From Candidatus Dormiibacterota bacterium (GTDB lineage Bacteria > Chloroflexota > Dormibacteria > Aeolococcales > Aeolococcaceae): DNA of 64,000 nt. The number at the start of each line of letters is the position of its first letter. Within the stretch, counting starts at the first letter, position 1. Below, in pieces: positions 8,693 through 19,137 of this stretch. The stretch covers positions 3,072,001 to 3,136,000 of the forward strand of contig OY970355.1 of the NCBI GenBank assembly GCA_963718525.1, given 5' to 3'. A model generated the notes under the pieces. It did no database searches, had not been told where the DNA came from, and saw only the letters and a list, made by a program, of their open reading frames with translations. A program made the translations under genes and the position numbers.

Positions 8693-11473
8693 TCATGACG
8701 CCCTCCCCGTCGACGCCTGGTCGGAGGGCCTCACCATTCGAGGGGTCTTCCCATCGCCCGCGCGCTCCGAACGTTCCGCGGGGATCCCGGTGATCTCACG
8801 CGCGTTGCGGGTTTCGGGGTCCCGCGCGCTCCCGGCCAAGCGGATGCGCGCCTGCCCGTTGCGCGGGCGGAGCGGACGCAGGGTGTCGCGCGCAGTCCAG
8901 GCAGCGGCGGCATCGACGAGCTCCGCCGCGACGGTTGGGCGGCCGAGGCCGAAACCCTGTCCGAGCGGTATATCCAGCGAGCGGATCTGGTCGCTCACCA
9001 GTTCGTTCTCGACGCCTTCGGCGATGACAATCGAGTCGTGGACACGGGCGAAGCTCAGCGCGCCTTTGATCGCGTTTCGAGCGCTTCGCCTCACCGAGTT
9101 CATCGTCAGGCTGCGCGCCAGCTTGACGAACTCGGGCTCCGCGGTCTCGAGAAGCTCGGTTGTGGCGAAACCCTCGCCGAGGTCGTCGATCGCAAAACGG
9201 ACGCCTGCCTGGCGATATGAGGTGAGCACCAGACGGAGGCGATCGAGGTCGCGGACACTCTCGTGCTCCCCGATCTCGAGGATGAGGCGATGCGGAGAGC
9301 GTCCCGTCCACTCCAGCAGGAGGAGGAGTTGATCAACGTCGTGGAGCGGGTCAAGAAGGGCGGCGAGGCTCACATTGATGAACAGAAGGATTCCGTCCGG
9401 GAGCGATGCGGCCTGGCTCAGCGCGGCACGGCGGCACAGCCAGTCGAGATCGCGGATGTGCCCGGACCGATGGGCCACCTCGAATAATGTCTCGACGCTG
9501 TCTGACGCGCCAAATCCCTCTGGGCGCGCCAGCGCCTCGTAGCCCACGACGTGCCCGTCGTTGAGATCCACGATCGGCTGGTACACCGCGTGGATCGGCA
9601 TCCCGTTCACCAGGGAACCGATCAGCTCGGTGACCGAGGAACCGGACGGGGTCACCTGCTCCGCACCGTCGACGTGCCGTCCGACGACGCGGTCGCGACC
9701 ACTCCGCTTGGCCTCGTAGAGGCACTCGTCAGCCCGACGCCACGCCGACATGGGGTCGGTTCCGGCCGGCGCCGACGCCCAGCCGAGGCTGATGTTCGAC
9801 CGGCCTCCGGGGGTGGGCACGAGATGCATCGCCGCTCGGAGCCGCTGTGCCGCTGACGCCGCCTCGGCGGGGTCGACGTCGAGAAGGATGGCGGCAAACT
9901 CGTCACCGCCCACCCGCGCGATGACGTCCCACCCGCGGAGCATCAGTGCGAGCGTCGTGGCCACCGTGCGCAGCACCGTGTCGCCAGCCTCGTGACCGAA
10001 CTCGTCGTTCACCCTCTTGAGGTGGTCGACGTCGATGGCGAGGACCGCGAAGGGCTGCCGGGGAATGGTTCCAAGGATCCGGTCGAATTCGCGACGGTTC
10101 TTCAACCCCGTGAGCCGATCCGTGCTGGCAAGCTCCGCCATACGGAGCGCCTCCGCGCGCAGCGCACCCTGGGCCCGAATCCGAGTGATGACGTGTGCTG
10201 CTTCGACGCCGATCTCGCTGATCGTTTCCACAGTCAGCGTTTCGACACTCGGCAGCGTCTCGAAGAAGTAGGCCAGCACGCCGACTGTTGCGGACCCCGT
10301 GGCGATCGGGCATGCAATCGCCGAGCGCACACCGAGCGAAGACGCAGCCGCGACCTGCGGCGACATCCCGAGTTCGTCGAGGTCCGGCACGACCACGAGC
10401 CTTCCAGTGGTACGCACCCGTGCAATCAGCGCTTGGAGAGGACCCGACGCACCGTCCGACGCGATATCGAGAGCATCGACGGTTGCCCGCGGAAAGGCGT
10501 GGCGTGACGTCGAGTCGAAACGACCCTGCTCCTGGTGCGGCACGAACATCTCGCTGAACGTAGCGCCGAGACTGCGTGCGGTGAGCTCGAGGATCGTCTC
10601 GGCCGCCGTGTCGACGTCCGAACAATCGGTGAGAGCCTGGACGAGGGCGAATTGCAGATCCCGGCGTCGCTGCCCCGCCTGCTCCGTGAGGTCGCGCGTC
10701 ACGGAGAAGAATCCGCGGAGCTCGCCATTGTCGCCATGCATGGCAGTAATCGAGACGCTCGCCCAGAATCGTGTTCCGTCCTTGCGTACCTGCCACGTCT
10801 CGTGGGGCCGCTCGGTCTCGATTACGTCGCCGCTGCCAGCAGCACCACTGACCGGCCATCCAGGCGGATAGAGGAGCGAATAATGCCGCCCGATCATCTT
10901 GCCGGCCTTGTACCCAAAGATCCGCTCTGCGCCCGTGTTCCAGCTGAGCACGAGACCCGCGGGATCCACGGTCATCAGCGCCTCGTCAAAGACGCCGTCC
11001 ACCAGTGCGCGCAGACTCATCTCGCTGCGGCGGAGCCCCTGCTCTGACTGGTCTCGCTCGGTGACGTCCCGGAGTGTGACGAGGAGCCGGCCCCCGTGTC
11101 TGCTGACGCGAACGTCGCGTATTTGCTCGATCGATTCGCCGGCACGGCTCACGTGAAATCGCACACCGTCGATCGCGCGCGGATCGTCAGTCGCGAGCAC
11201 ATCACGAAGTGCGGCGACCAGCCCAGTCGATGTCGCGGCATCGAGCCGGAAGACTTCGGATCCGATCAGCGCTCCCGGGCGAAGAGGGTCAGCGCGATCA
11301 TCAGCGAGAGCGGTTGCCGCTGCGTTTGCATAGTCCACCCGAAAGTCCGTGACGGCGCCACGACGACCGAGCACCGGCGAGACGATGAAGACGGCATCGG
11401 CCATCGCCTCGAGCCAGAATTGATCGCCAGGGTCGAGTACCCCCGGTTCCGGGACACTGCGTTCTGCAGTCAC
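8693..11473 (-). CDS. PAS-PAS-GAF-GGDEF-EAL c-di-GMP protein
   Basis: PAS/PAC RKDGTRFWA, RGWD I-site, GGDEF, YEALAR, AEGVE; GTG start after GGAGAGG. Confidence 0.92.
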   Translation of the reverse strand: MTAERSVPEPGVLDPGDQFWLEAMADAVFIVSPVLGRRGAVTDFRVDYANAAATALADDRADPLRPGALIGSEVFRLDAATSTGLVAALRDVLATDDPRAIDGVRFHVSRAGESIEQIRDVRVSRHGGRLLVTLRDVTERDQSEQGLRRSEMSLRALVDGVFDEALMTVDPAGLVLSWNTGAERIFGYKAGKMIGRHYSLLYPPGWPVSGAAGSGDVIETERPHETWQVRKDGTRFWASVSITAMHGDNGELRGFFSVTRDLTEQAGQRRRDLQFALVQALTDCSDVDTAAETILELTARSLGATFSEMFVPHQEQGRFDSTSRHAFPRATVDALDIASDGASGPLQALIARVRTTGRLVVVPDLDELGMSPQVAAASSLGVRSAIACPIATGSATVGVLAYFFETLPSVETLTVETISEIGVEAAHVITRIRAQGALRAEALRMAELASTDRLTGLKNRREFDRILGTIPRQPFAVLAIDVDHLKRVNDEFGHEAGDTVLRTVATTLALMLRGWDVIARVGGDEFAAILLDVDPAEAASAAQRLRAAMHLVPTPGGRSNISLGWASAPAGTDPMSAWRRADECLYEAKRSGRDRVVGRHVDGAEQVTPSGSSVTELIGSLVNGMPIHAVYQPIVDLNDGHVVGYEALARPEGFGASDSVETLFEVAHRSGHIRDLDWLCRRAALSQAASLPDGILLFINVSLAALLDPLHDVDQLLLLLEWTGRSPHRLILEIGEHESVRDLDRLRLVLTSYRQAGVRFAIDDLGEGFATTELLETAEPEFVKLARSLTMNSVRRSARNAIKGALSFARVHDSIVIAEGVENELVSDQIRSLDIPLGQGFGLGRPTVAAELVDAAAAWTARDTLRPLRPRNGQARIRLAGSARDPETRNAREITGIPAERSERAGDGKTPRMVRPSDQASTGRAS

Positions 11474-11607
11474 GCGCCAGCCTCTCCTTTGATCGCAGCG
11501 AACTGCGCGCCCGTTGTCGTCCCTTCTGGTGCCGCATAATCTGAGACACGCCAACCAGAACGTCTGTCCCGCAGCGCACATAGGTCGATGTCACCACGAG
11601 TGGAGGC

Positions 11608-12375
11608 ATGAGCCACGACGCGGCCGGCAACGCCACATCGTCGAGTGAGAACAGGATTCTCACCGCGCTCCCCGAACCCGAGCGACAGGAGTTGTTCGGT
11701 CTTGTGAGAAACGTCAGCCTCCCCGTCAGAACGGTGCTGTTTGAACCTGGGGCACCTATCGAGGCTCTGTACTTCCCCACCGACGGCGTCGTGTCCCTTG
11801 TCACCCCGCTGCACGACGGCGCGATTGTCGAGGTGGCAACCATCGGCAATGAGGGGATCGTCGGCGTGCCCCTGGTGCCGCTCGGCGCCCTGGCGGTGCG
11901 GGCCATCTCCCAGGTCGCCGGTCACAGCCTTCGTATGGAGGCGGCAGCCTTTCTCGCGCTGTCCGAGCGGAGCACCGTGTTCCAGTCGTTGGTGGCGAAA
12001 TACACGCAGGCGCTCTTTGGTCAGATCTCCCAGGCGGCCGCGTGCAACCGGCTCCATTCCAGCGAGGAGCGTCTCAGCCGCTGGCTGCTAATGAGCCATG
12101 ATCGCGTCGGTTCCGACCAATTCATGATCACCCAGGAATTTCTCGGCCAGATGCTGGGCGCTCGCCGATCGACGGTCTCCGTCTCGGCCGGCATCCTGCA
12201 GCGAGCGGGGCTCATTCGCTATGTCCGCGGCCACGTCACGATCGTCGACCGCGCCGGCCTCGAGGCGGTCTCATGCGAGTGCTACTGGGTTATCAAGACC
12301 GAGCTGGAGCGGGTGCTCGCGCCCGAACCGAAACCGGGGCTCACTGGCCGCGCTGACGCCCACCCGGCGTCGTGA
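11608..12375 (+). CDS. Crp/Fnr family transcriptional regulator
   Basis: IGNEGIVG, ACNRLH, RWLL, TQEFLGQMLGARRSTV. Confidence 0.93.
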   Translation: MSHDAAGNATSSSENRILTALPEPERQELFGLVRNVSLPVRTVLFEPGAPIEALYFPTDGVVSLVTPLHDGAIVEVATIGNEGIVGVPLVPLGALAVRAISQVAGHSLRMEAAAFLALSERSTVFQSLVAKYTQALFGQISQAAACNRLHSSEERLSRWLLMSHDRVGSDQFMITQEFLGQMLGARRSTVSVSAGILQRAGLIRYVRGHVTIVDRAGLEAVSCECYWVIKTELERVLAPEPKPGLTGRADAHPAS

Positions 12376-13295
12376 CCGCGTCTCTGGCCGGGCAGCAATA
12401 CGAGCTGGTGCATGACGACCAGCAAGCGGTGGTCGTCGAGGTCGGCGCCGGACTCCGCGAGTACCACACCGGGATCGGGGACATCGTTGACGGATATGGC
12501 GCTGACGAGGAATGCGACGGCAGCCGCGGTGAGCTGCTCCTCCCGTGGCCAAACCGCATCGCGGACGCCACCTATCGCTTCGAGGGCGAGGAATTACGAC
12601 TACCCGTGACCGAACCCCGGACCGGATGCGCCATCCACGGGCTGACCCGAGCCATGCCGTGGCGTCGCATCGACGCCTGGTCGCAGCAGGTCACGCTGGC
12701 GCTCGACCTGCCACCTCAGGATGGTTACCCGTTTCGACTCGGTCTGAGCGCGACGTACTCGCTCGGCGGCGACGGTCTCACCGTATGCGTGACCGCCACC
12801 AACCAGGGTGACCAACCATGCCCGTACGGGGCCGGAGCGCATCCCTACATCCGCCTCGCCGGCGACGGCCTCATCGACGATGCGTGGTTGCACATTCCAG
12901 CCGATGCCTTCCTGGAATCGGACGCTCGTGGCATCCCGACCGGGGCTGAACTTCCGGTGGAAGGCACCGCGTTCGATTTTCGCAACCCCCGGCGGCTCGG
13001 TTCGCTGGTGCTGGACACCGCATTCGCGCGCCTCCACGGCGACGATGACGGCACCACCAGGATCGCGCTCACGACACCCGGCGGACAGGACGGAGTCCTC
13101 GTGTGGATGGACGCAACCCACCGGTACGCGATGGTCTACACCGGCGACACGCTCGGCAACATGGCGCGACGCCGCCGGGGGCTGGCGGTCGAGCCGATGA
13201 CGTGTGCTCCCGACGCCTTCAACTCCGGGGCTGGGCTCATCGTGCTGCAACCCGGCGAGGAGCACAGCAGTAGTTGGGGAATTGCGCCGCTCTAG
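12372..13295 (+). CDS. Aldose 1-epimerase family protein
   Basis: LLPWPNRI, AIHG, GAHPY, AVEPMT; GTGA overlap with the Crp gene. Confidence 0.92.
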   Translation: MTASLAGQQYELVHDDQQAVVVEVGAGLREYHTGIGDIVDGYGADEECDGSRGELLLPWPNRIADATYRFEGEELRLPVTEPRTGCAIHGLTRAMPWRRIDAWSQQVTLALDLPPQDGYPFRLGLSATYSLGGDGLTVCVTATNQGDQPCPYGAGAHPYIRLAGDGLIDDAWLHIPADAFLESDARGIPTGAELPVEGTAFDFRNPRRLGSLVLDTAFARLHGDDDGTTRIALTTPGGQDGVLVWMDATHRYAMVYTGDTLGNMARRRRGLAVEPMTCAPDAFNSGAGLIVLQPGEEHSSSWGIAPL

Positions 13296-13333
13296 GTCGG
13301 GGTTGCGGACAATCGAGTCCGCATGGTCGACGG

Positions 13334-14149
13334 TTGACGATACGACGACGGCTCCTCCCAACTGGGTACACCAACCGCACCCACGTGCCGATGGTGCTGA
13401 ACCTCCACGGGTCGGAGTCGACCGCCGCGGAGCAGGAGGGATTCAGCGGTATGGATTCGCTCGCGGACGCAGACGGCTTCATCGTGGCCTACCCGCAGGC
13501 CGCGATCGTGGCGGGATCGGGATACGACTGGAACATTCCCGGGCAGCCGTTGTTCGGTGCCGCACCGGCTCCCGCGAGCGCGCCAGATGACGTCGCGTTT
13601 CTGACTCAGGTGATCCACACGCTCGAGGCGAGGCTCTGTGTCGACAGCACCCGCATTGACGTGACCGGCTTCTCGGGCGGAGCACGGATGGCCGGACAGC
13701 TCGGATGCGACATCTCCACCACCATCGCGGCCATCGCCCCGGTCAGCGGTCTGCGGCTTCCCTCGCCGTGCGACGCGACCCGTGCCGTGCCGGTGATCTC
13801 ATTTCATGGAACCGGCGACCCGATCGACCCCTATGCCGGTAACGGACAGGCGTATTGGACGTACAGCGTCCCGGTCGCGGCCTCGCGCTGGGCTGCACAC
13901 GACCAGTGCGCCACGTCGCTCGGCAGCATGCAGCCGGCGCCCGGCGTGAGCCTGACCGAGTACACCGACTGCGCCGACGGCGCCGTCGTGGCGCTGTACA
14001 CCCTCGCCGGTGAAGGGCACGAATGGCCCGGCGGTCCGCGTCTGCCGACCAGGGACACGCGAGTCCTCGGGCCGCAGTCCGACGCGATCAATGCGGATTC
14101 GACCATGTGGCAGTTCTTCGATGCGCATCCACTCGACGCCCAGACGTGA
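13334..14149 (+). CDS. LpqC/LpqP-like PHB depolymerase / esterase; 5' end uncertain
   Basis: LNLHG, DDVAF, GFSGG nucleophile, FHGTGD, GHEWPG. Confidence 0.8.
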   Translation: MTIRRRLLPTGYTNRTHVPMVLNLHGSESTAAEQEGFSGMDSLADADGFIVAYPQAAIVAGSGYDWNIPGQPLFGAAPAPASAPDDVAFLTQVIHTLEARLCVDSTRIDVTGFSGGARMAGQLGCDISTTIAAIAPVSGLRLPSPCDATRAVPVISFHGTGDPIDPYAGNGQAYWTYSVPVAASRWAAHDQCATSLGSMQPAPGVSLTEYTDCADGAVVALYTLAGEGHEWPGGPRLPTRDTRVLGPQSDAINADSTMWQFFDAHPLDAQT

Positions 14150-14175
14150 CCACAGTGGTGGTGGGTTCCCCGTCT

Positions 14176-15657
14176 TCACCTCTTTCCAGACCGGCCGGTC
14201 GCCGCCTGGCCGTTCGACACTGCGGATTGTCTGCGCCCCGCTCTGAGCGCATGCTTCCCCGGGCGCATGCCGGCATCCCGCGTGCCGCCGGCAGCAACGA
14301 CGAGGTCGCGCATCCCCGCCTCGATGCCGTCGCGAAGGACATCGATATCTGCGACGGTGTCGTAGTCGCCCGTGATTCCGAAGAAGAGCCTGCCGCAGTA
14401 CGAGAAGATCGCAATGCTGATCCGAACGCTCCCCATGATTGGCACGTAGGGGTACGAGTACACCATCCGGCGGCCCACCACGTACAACGGAAACTGGGGG
14501 CCGGGAACATTGGTGGTCACCGTCTGGAGGGCGTGCTGCGGGGTGCGGGCTGCCAGCCGCGCGCCGAGTGACAGCAGCATCGGAGGCGCGAACCCCGCGA
14601 GCTTGACCAGGGCATCGCCGGCGACCGCCTGCTTCAACTCCTTGAGCATCGACAGCTGTGCCGCGATGGCTCTGAGGCGGTCGCCTGGGTCAGCGATCGA
14701 CACCGGGAGCCCCGGGAAGATCCCCGACACGCGGTTGTTGAGGACGCCTCGCTCCGAATCGGGACGTACCGACACGGGGACCAGGGTCCGCACCACGCGA
14801 TTGGTCACGTCCTCGCCGCGATGCAGGAGCAGGCTCCTGAAGCCGGCGGTGATCGCCGCGAGCACGACGTCGTTCACGGTTCCTCCCAGCCCTTGACGCA
14901 CGGTCTTCACCTCGTCGAGACTGGCCTCCGCCCAGCTCCAGCGGCGATGCGGCCCAATCGGCCCGTTGAGTGACGTGGCGGATCGCTTGCTCCACTCGGT
15001 CAGGGAGCGGAACAAGGCGGCGCCCTGCGCAAGGCCGGCTCGCGATCCTGCCACAAGCCCCGGCCCCCTGATGTCACGCAGACGCCCAATCGGTTCGGCG
15101 ATCGTGCAACGGAGGCCGTTGGCGGCGAGCGACAGCGTGCCGGGCTCGGGGTCCGGCGTCCATGCCGCAGCCTGGACCGGCTTCGCCGGCGTGTCGGTAG
15201 CATCGAACGTCACGGTGAGCAGGTCGGTGGCCGAGACCCCGTCCACCATGCAGTGATGGACCTTGGAGATCAATGCCCAGCGGCCCTTCTGCAGTCCTTC
15301 GACCATCCACACCTCCCATAGAGGCTTGCTGCGATCGAGGGCCTGTGCGAAGACGCGCCCGGCAAGGTTGCGCAGCTCGTCCTTGCCACCCGGCGGCGGT
15401 ACGGCCGTGTGGCGTATGTGATACAGGATCTGGAAGTGTGGGTCGTCGACCCACACGGGTCGCCCCACACCACCCGGCACGAAACGCACCTTCTGCCGAT
15501 AGCGCGGTACGAGCAACAACTTGCCGGCGATGAGACGGATCAGGGCTCCATACGCAGGCGCAGGCCCCTCGAGCACGGCGACCGACCCGATGTGCATCGG
15601 GTTGTTGCCGTTCTCGATGTGGAGGAACGCCGCGTCTTGCGCGCTCATCATGTCCAC
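14176..15657 (-). CDS. Wax ester synthase/diacylglycerol acyltransferase (WS/DGAT)
   Basis: PMHIG, LDRSKPLW, catalytic HHCMVDG, TNVPGP. Confidence 0.95.
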   Translation of the reverse strand: MDMMSAQDAAFLHIENGNNPMHIGSVAVLEGPAPAYGALIRLIAGKLLLVPRYRQKVRFVPGGVGRPVWVDDPHFQILYHIRHTAVPPPGGKDELRNLAGRVFAQALDRSKPLWEVWMVEGLQKGRWALISKVHHCMVDGVSATDLLTVTFDATDTPAKPVQAAAWTPDPEPGTLSLAANGLRCTIAEPIGRLRDIRGPGLVAGSRAGLAQGAALFRSLTEWSKRSATSLNGPIGPHRRWSWAEASLDEVKTVRQGLGGTVNDVVLAAITAGFRSLLLHRGEDVTNRVVRTLVPVSVRPDSERGVLNNRVSGIFPGLPVSIADPGDRLRAIAAQLSMLKELKQAVAGDALVKLAGFAPPMLLSLGARLAARTPQHALQTVTTNVPGPQFPLYVVGRRMVYSYPYVPIMGSVRISIAIFSYCGRLFFGITGDYDTVADIDVLRDGIEAGMRDLVVAAGGTRDAGMRPGKHALRAGRRQSAVSNGQAATGRSGKR

Positions 15658-15854
15658 GTCAGCGACCGCGTGTGGACGCAGGGCTCATATTCGAAGCGTA
15701 CGCTGCTCCTCTCGGCCGGGATGGGACGGGCGCCCGCAGCGCGACGCATGCGGGCTGACAGGAGACGGGCCTGAAACCGAAATATGGCGATTCGCCAACG
15801 GAAAGCGACCGTTCCGTTGTCCGCTGAACCCTCCGAACCCAGCACACTCACCAC

Positions 15855-18368
15855 GTGCCTTCCCGGTCTCCTGATCTGCGTCTCGAGGTGCTCACCCGGC
15901 TCGGACACTCGCTTCCCGGCACGCGAAGCCCCGAAGAGGCCGCGGCCGTGGTTGTGAATGCGCTCGCGCCGCTGGAGCTGGCCGCCACCGTGAGCGGTGT
16001 TGAATCGGACATGGCAGTCGTGCTCGCCGTGAACATCCCGCTCGCGCTCGCCGTCCGGATGTCGTCGCGGCTCGCCTCCACCATGGTGGGCATGCGCATT
16101 CCGCTCGACGGGGTGGAGTCGTTGCGCAAACCCGTCCGGCTCCGCCGTCCGTATCACGGGGCCGCCGACGCTTCCGAGACCCTTCGCCGGCTGACCACGG
16201 ATTCGGCGCTTGCAAAGGCGCTGCCCAATGCGGCTGACGAGCACGAGGTCACGGCATTGCCGGTGATCTGCCGGGACCGGGTGGTCGCTGTGCTGTCGGT
16301 CTGGGGTCCTGGGTGCACCCCCGCGCTGACCCCGATCCTCGAGGTTGTGGCTGCGATGCTCGCCGCCGCATGGTCAGCAGAGGCTCGACCGGCCGTCGAG
16401 CGTTTCGATGCTCCTGGCTCGCCCGGTCGCGACCCCCGGCTTCGCTCCACCATCGGCACGCTGCTGACCAGCGGGACGATCGTCGCGGCTCTCCAGCCGA
16501 TCGTGCGTCTGACCAATGACACGGTGATCGGATACGAGGCGCTCGCCCGCTTCCAACCCAGAGGCCGAATCCGCAGTCCTGACCAGCTCTTCGAGGCCGC
16601 GGCCGCGCTGAACATGCAATCGTCAGTTGACCGCGCCTGCGTGCGTGCTGCGCTGCAGAGCGCATCCGACATCGGTGAAGCCGACCTCTTCGTCAACGTC
16701 CTGATCGGAACCCTGGTCGACCAGGGAGGCGTGGCCGCGCTTGACAAAGCGGTGGAGGAAGCCCGCGTGGATCCCGCCAGCGTCGTGCTCGAATTCAGCG
16801 AGCGCGAGCCGGTCCCCGACCTCGTGCTGCTGCAACGGATCGCGGCCGAGCTGCGCGCACGGGGGTTCCGCATCGCGGTCGACGATGCGGGGGCGGGTCA
16901 CGCGAGCATGCAAGTCATCGCCGAGCTGCGACCCGAGTTCATCAAGGTCGACCGTTCGCTGATCACCGCCATCGACGCCGACCGCGCACGCCGCGCTCTG
17001 GTGGTGGCGCTGCTCTCGTTCAGTGGGCACATCGGCGCGCGCGTCATCGCTGAGGGCATTGAGACGCAGCGTGAGCAGGAGACCCTGCAGTCGCTCGGTG
17101 TGCAATTCGGGCAGGGATGGCTGCTGGGTCGCCCGGTCCTGCCGCACCCACTCAAGGGTGATACGTCGATGGAGGTGGTCGATGCGACCTGGTTCGCCCA
17201 GCGACTGGTTTCGCCGACGCGGGTGGTCACGTCAAGCGCGGAACCGTCAGCCGCAAGCGAGGTCGCCGCAACCTCGACGTCGCGGCCGCGGCGGGGCCTG
17301 GCACGCGCCCTCAGCGATGCCGCCCTCGCGTTGCAGAGCGAGCACGACCCCCTGCGCATTCTCGGAGTCATGGCGGAGCAGATGAGCCGCGTCGTCCCGG
17401 TCACGGAGATGGCCATCTTCGTTGCCGACTACGAGACCTTTCGCCTCGTCCCGCTGCTCGCCACCGGGCCCGATCGCGACGAGATCATGGCTGACAGCAT
17501 GGCGCTCGACGCGGGGATCACCGGCTGGGCGTTCGCGAAAGGCACGCCGCAGAACATCCCCGACACTTCAAGGCATCCGCTCGCTCGACAGATTCCGGGG
17601 ACGTCGTACGTCGAGGAATCATTGCTGCTGGTCCCGCTCGTCGCAACTGAACACAAGCTCGGCATCATCAACTGCTGGCGTCTCGGTATCGACCAGTTCA
17701 GTGCCAGCGAGCTCGAAGCCGCGTCGCTGTTTGCACATGTCGCCGCGTCCGCGTGGCGCAATGCGCAGCTGTACGGGGAGCTCGTCAACGCGGCGATGAC
17801 GGACCCGCTGACCAGCCTGTACAACAGCCGCTGGCTGCGCGACGCGGGCGACCGGGACATCGCCCGCGCCGCGCGCGACTGCAAGCCTCTGTCGCTCCTG
17901 CTCGTCGACCTCGACCACTTCAAGGCGGTGAACGACAGCAGTGGGCATGCGATCGGCGACGTGGTGCTGCAGCGCGTGGCGGCGCATCTGCGCACGACCG
18001 TGCGCGGTGCCGACGCCGTCGTGCGTCTGGGTGGAGAGGAATTCGTCGTACTTCTGCACGAATGCTCCTCGGAAGGCGCATGGATCGCGGCCGAAGCGGT
18101 TCGCGCCGCGGTGCGCGACGTGGTGATGCCCGACGGTTGCAGCCTCGAAGGCCTCACCGCGTCGATCGGGATCTCCACGTACCCAGATCACGGCGTCACG
18201 CTCGATCAACTGCTCAGTTCGGCCGATCGCGCGATGTACTCCGCGAAGCACGAGGGACGGGATCGGTCGGTTCAGGCCACGTCGATCCCCGGCGCAGGCA
18301 AGATCATCACCCTCCCCCGTCGCCGCCCCCCGCGTGCGAGTGCCCCGCACCTCGTCTCAGGAGGTTGA
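15855..18368 (+). CDS. GAF-like-EAL-GAF-GGDEF protein
   Basis: YEALAR, VDDAGAG, IKVD, AEGIE, then GAF, RGAD I-site and GGEEF. Confidence 0.92.
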   Translation: MPSRSPDLRLEVLTRLGHSLPGTRSPEEAAAVVVNALAPLELAATVSGVESDMAVVLAVNIPLALAVRMSSRLASTMVGMRIPLDGVESLRKPVRLRRPYHGAADASETLRRLTTDSALAKALPNAADEHEVTALPVICRDRVVAVLSVWGPGCTPALTPILEVVAAMLAAAWSAEARPAVERFDAPGSPGRDPRLRSTIGTLLTSGTIVAALQPIVRLTNDTVIGYEALARFQPRGRIRSPDQLFEAAAALNMQSSVDRACVRAALQSASDIGEADLFVNVLIGTLVDQGGVAALDKAVEEARVDPASVVLEFSEREPVPDLVLLQRIAAELRARGFRIAVDDAGAGHASMQVIAELRPEFIKVDRSLITAIDADRARRALVVALLSFSGHIGARVIAEGIETQREQETLQSLGVQFGQGWLLGRPVLPHPLKGDTSMEVVDATWFAQRLVSPTRVVTSSAEPSAASEVAATSTSRPRRGLARALSDAALALQSEHDPLRILGVMAEQMSRVVPVTEMAIFVADYETFRLVPLLATGPDRDEIMADSMALDAGITGWAFAKGTPQNIPDTSRHPLARQIPGTSYVEESLLLVPLVATEHKLGIINCWRLGIDQFSASELEAASLFAHVAASAWRNAQLYGELVNAAMTDPLTSLYNSRWLRDAGDRDIARAARDCKPLSLLLVDLDHFKAVNDSSGHAIGDVVLQRVAAHLRTTVRGADAVVRLGGEEFVVLLHECSSEGAWIAAEAVRAAVRDVVMPDGCSLEGLTASIGISTYPDHGVTLDQLLSSADRAMYSAKHEGRDRSVQATSIPGAGKIITLPRRRPPRASAPHLVSGG

Positions 18369-18375
18369 GCGAGCT

Positions 18376-19137
18376 TTAGGCAACGTCACGGCGGGTGGTG
18401 AGCACCCACCCGCACACGGCGAAGAACAGTCCCCAGCCGAGCAGCACCAGGCCGCCCTGAACAGCGTCGAGGTGGGTGAGATTCCCGCGGCTGGCGCCGG
18501 TGATCGCCGCCCCAGCCGCTCCAGGGAGGTACGCGTATGCGTTCTGGATCACCGGGATGATGCTGACGAGCGGCTCCAGCACGAACAGGTAGACCAGCGC
18601 ACCGATGACTGCCGCGATCTGATTGCGCACGAGCACTCCGACGCCCACGCCGACAACCGCGAAGATGGCGATCACCACGAGGTCGCCGACCATCGAGAGC
18701 AGGACGCCGTTGTTGATCCAGCCGATCGTGACGTGCAGCGCAGCGAACCAGGGCGCCATGATCGCGGCGGTCAGCGCCGCGCACGCGAGTCCGTAGATGA
18801 TGCCGACGACAGCGGCGACGATCAGCTTCGCCACGATGACCCGGCCGCGTCGCGGCTCGATGAGGAATGTCGGCCGGGACGTGTAATGGCGGTACTCGGT
18901 GGTGATCAGAATGATCCCGACGACAACGGAGAACAGATAGGCGCTGCCGGCGGACGCGGTGATCGATCGTTGGGTTGCCGGGTCGCTGAGCGGCAGCGCG
19001 ATGTTGCCGCGAGCGCCGTTGCTGGCGATCTGCGCCACGACGCCGAGTGCGGCGAGCGCGAGGGCTCCGAGGAGCATTCCCCACCCGAGCTTGATGGTGG
19101 TCACCTTTCGCCACTCGGCGCGAAGGAGATTGATCAC
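18376..19137 (-). CDS. ABC-2 type permease
   Basis: LRAEWRK, EYRH.T, six TM segments, ends RRDVA; GTGA overlap. Confidence 0.9.
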   Translation of the reverse strand: MINLLRAEWRKVTTIKLGWGMLLGALALAALGVVAQIASNGARGNIALPLSDPATQRSITASAGSAYLFSVVVGIILITTEYRHYTSRPTFLIEPRRGRVIVAKLIVAAVVGIIYGLACAALTAAIMAPWFAALHVTIGWINNGVLLSMVGDLVVIAIFAVVGVGVGVLVRNQIAAVIGALVYLFVLEPLVSIIPVIQNAYAYLPGAAGAAITGASRGNLTHLDAVQGGLVLLGWGLFFAVCGWVLTTRRDVA

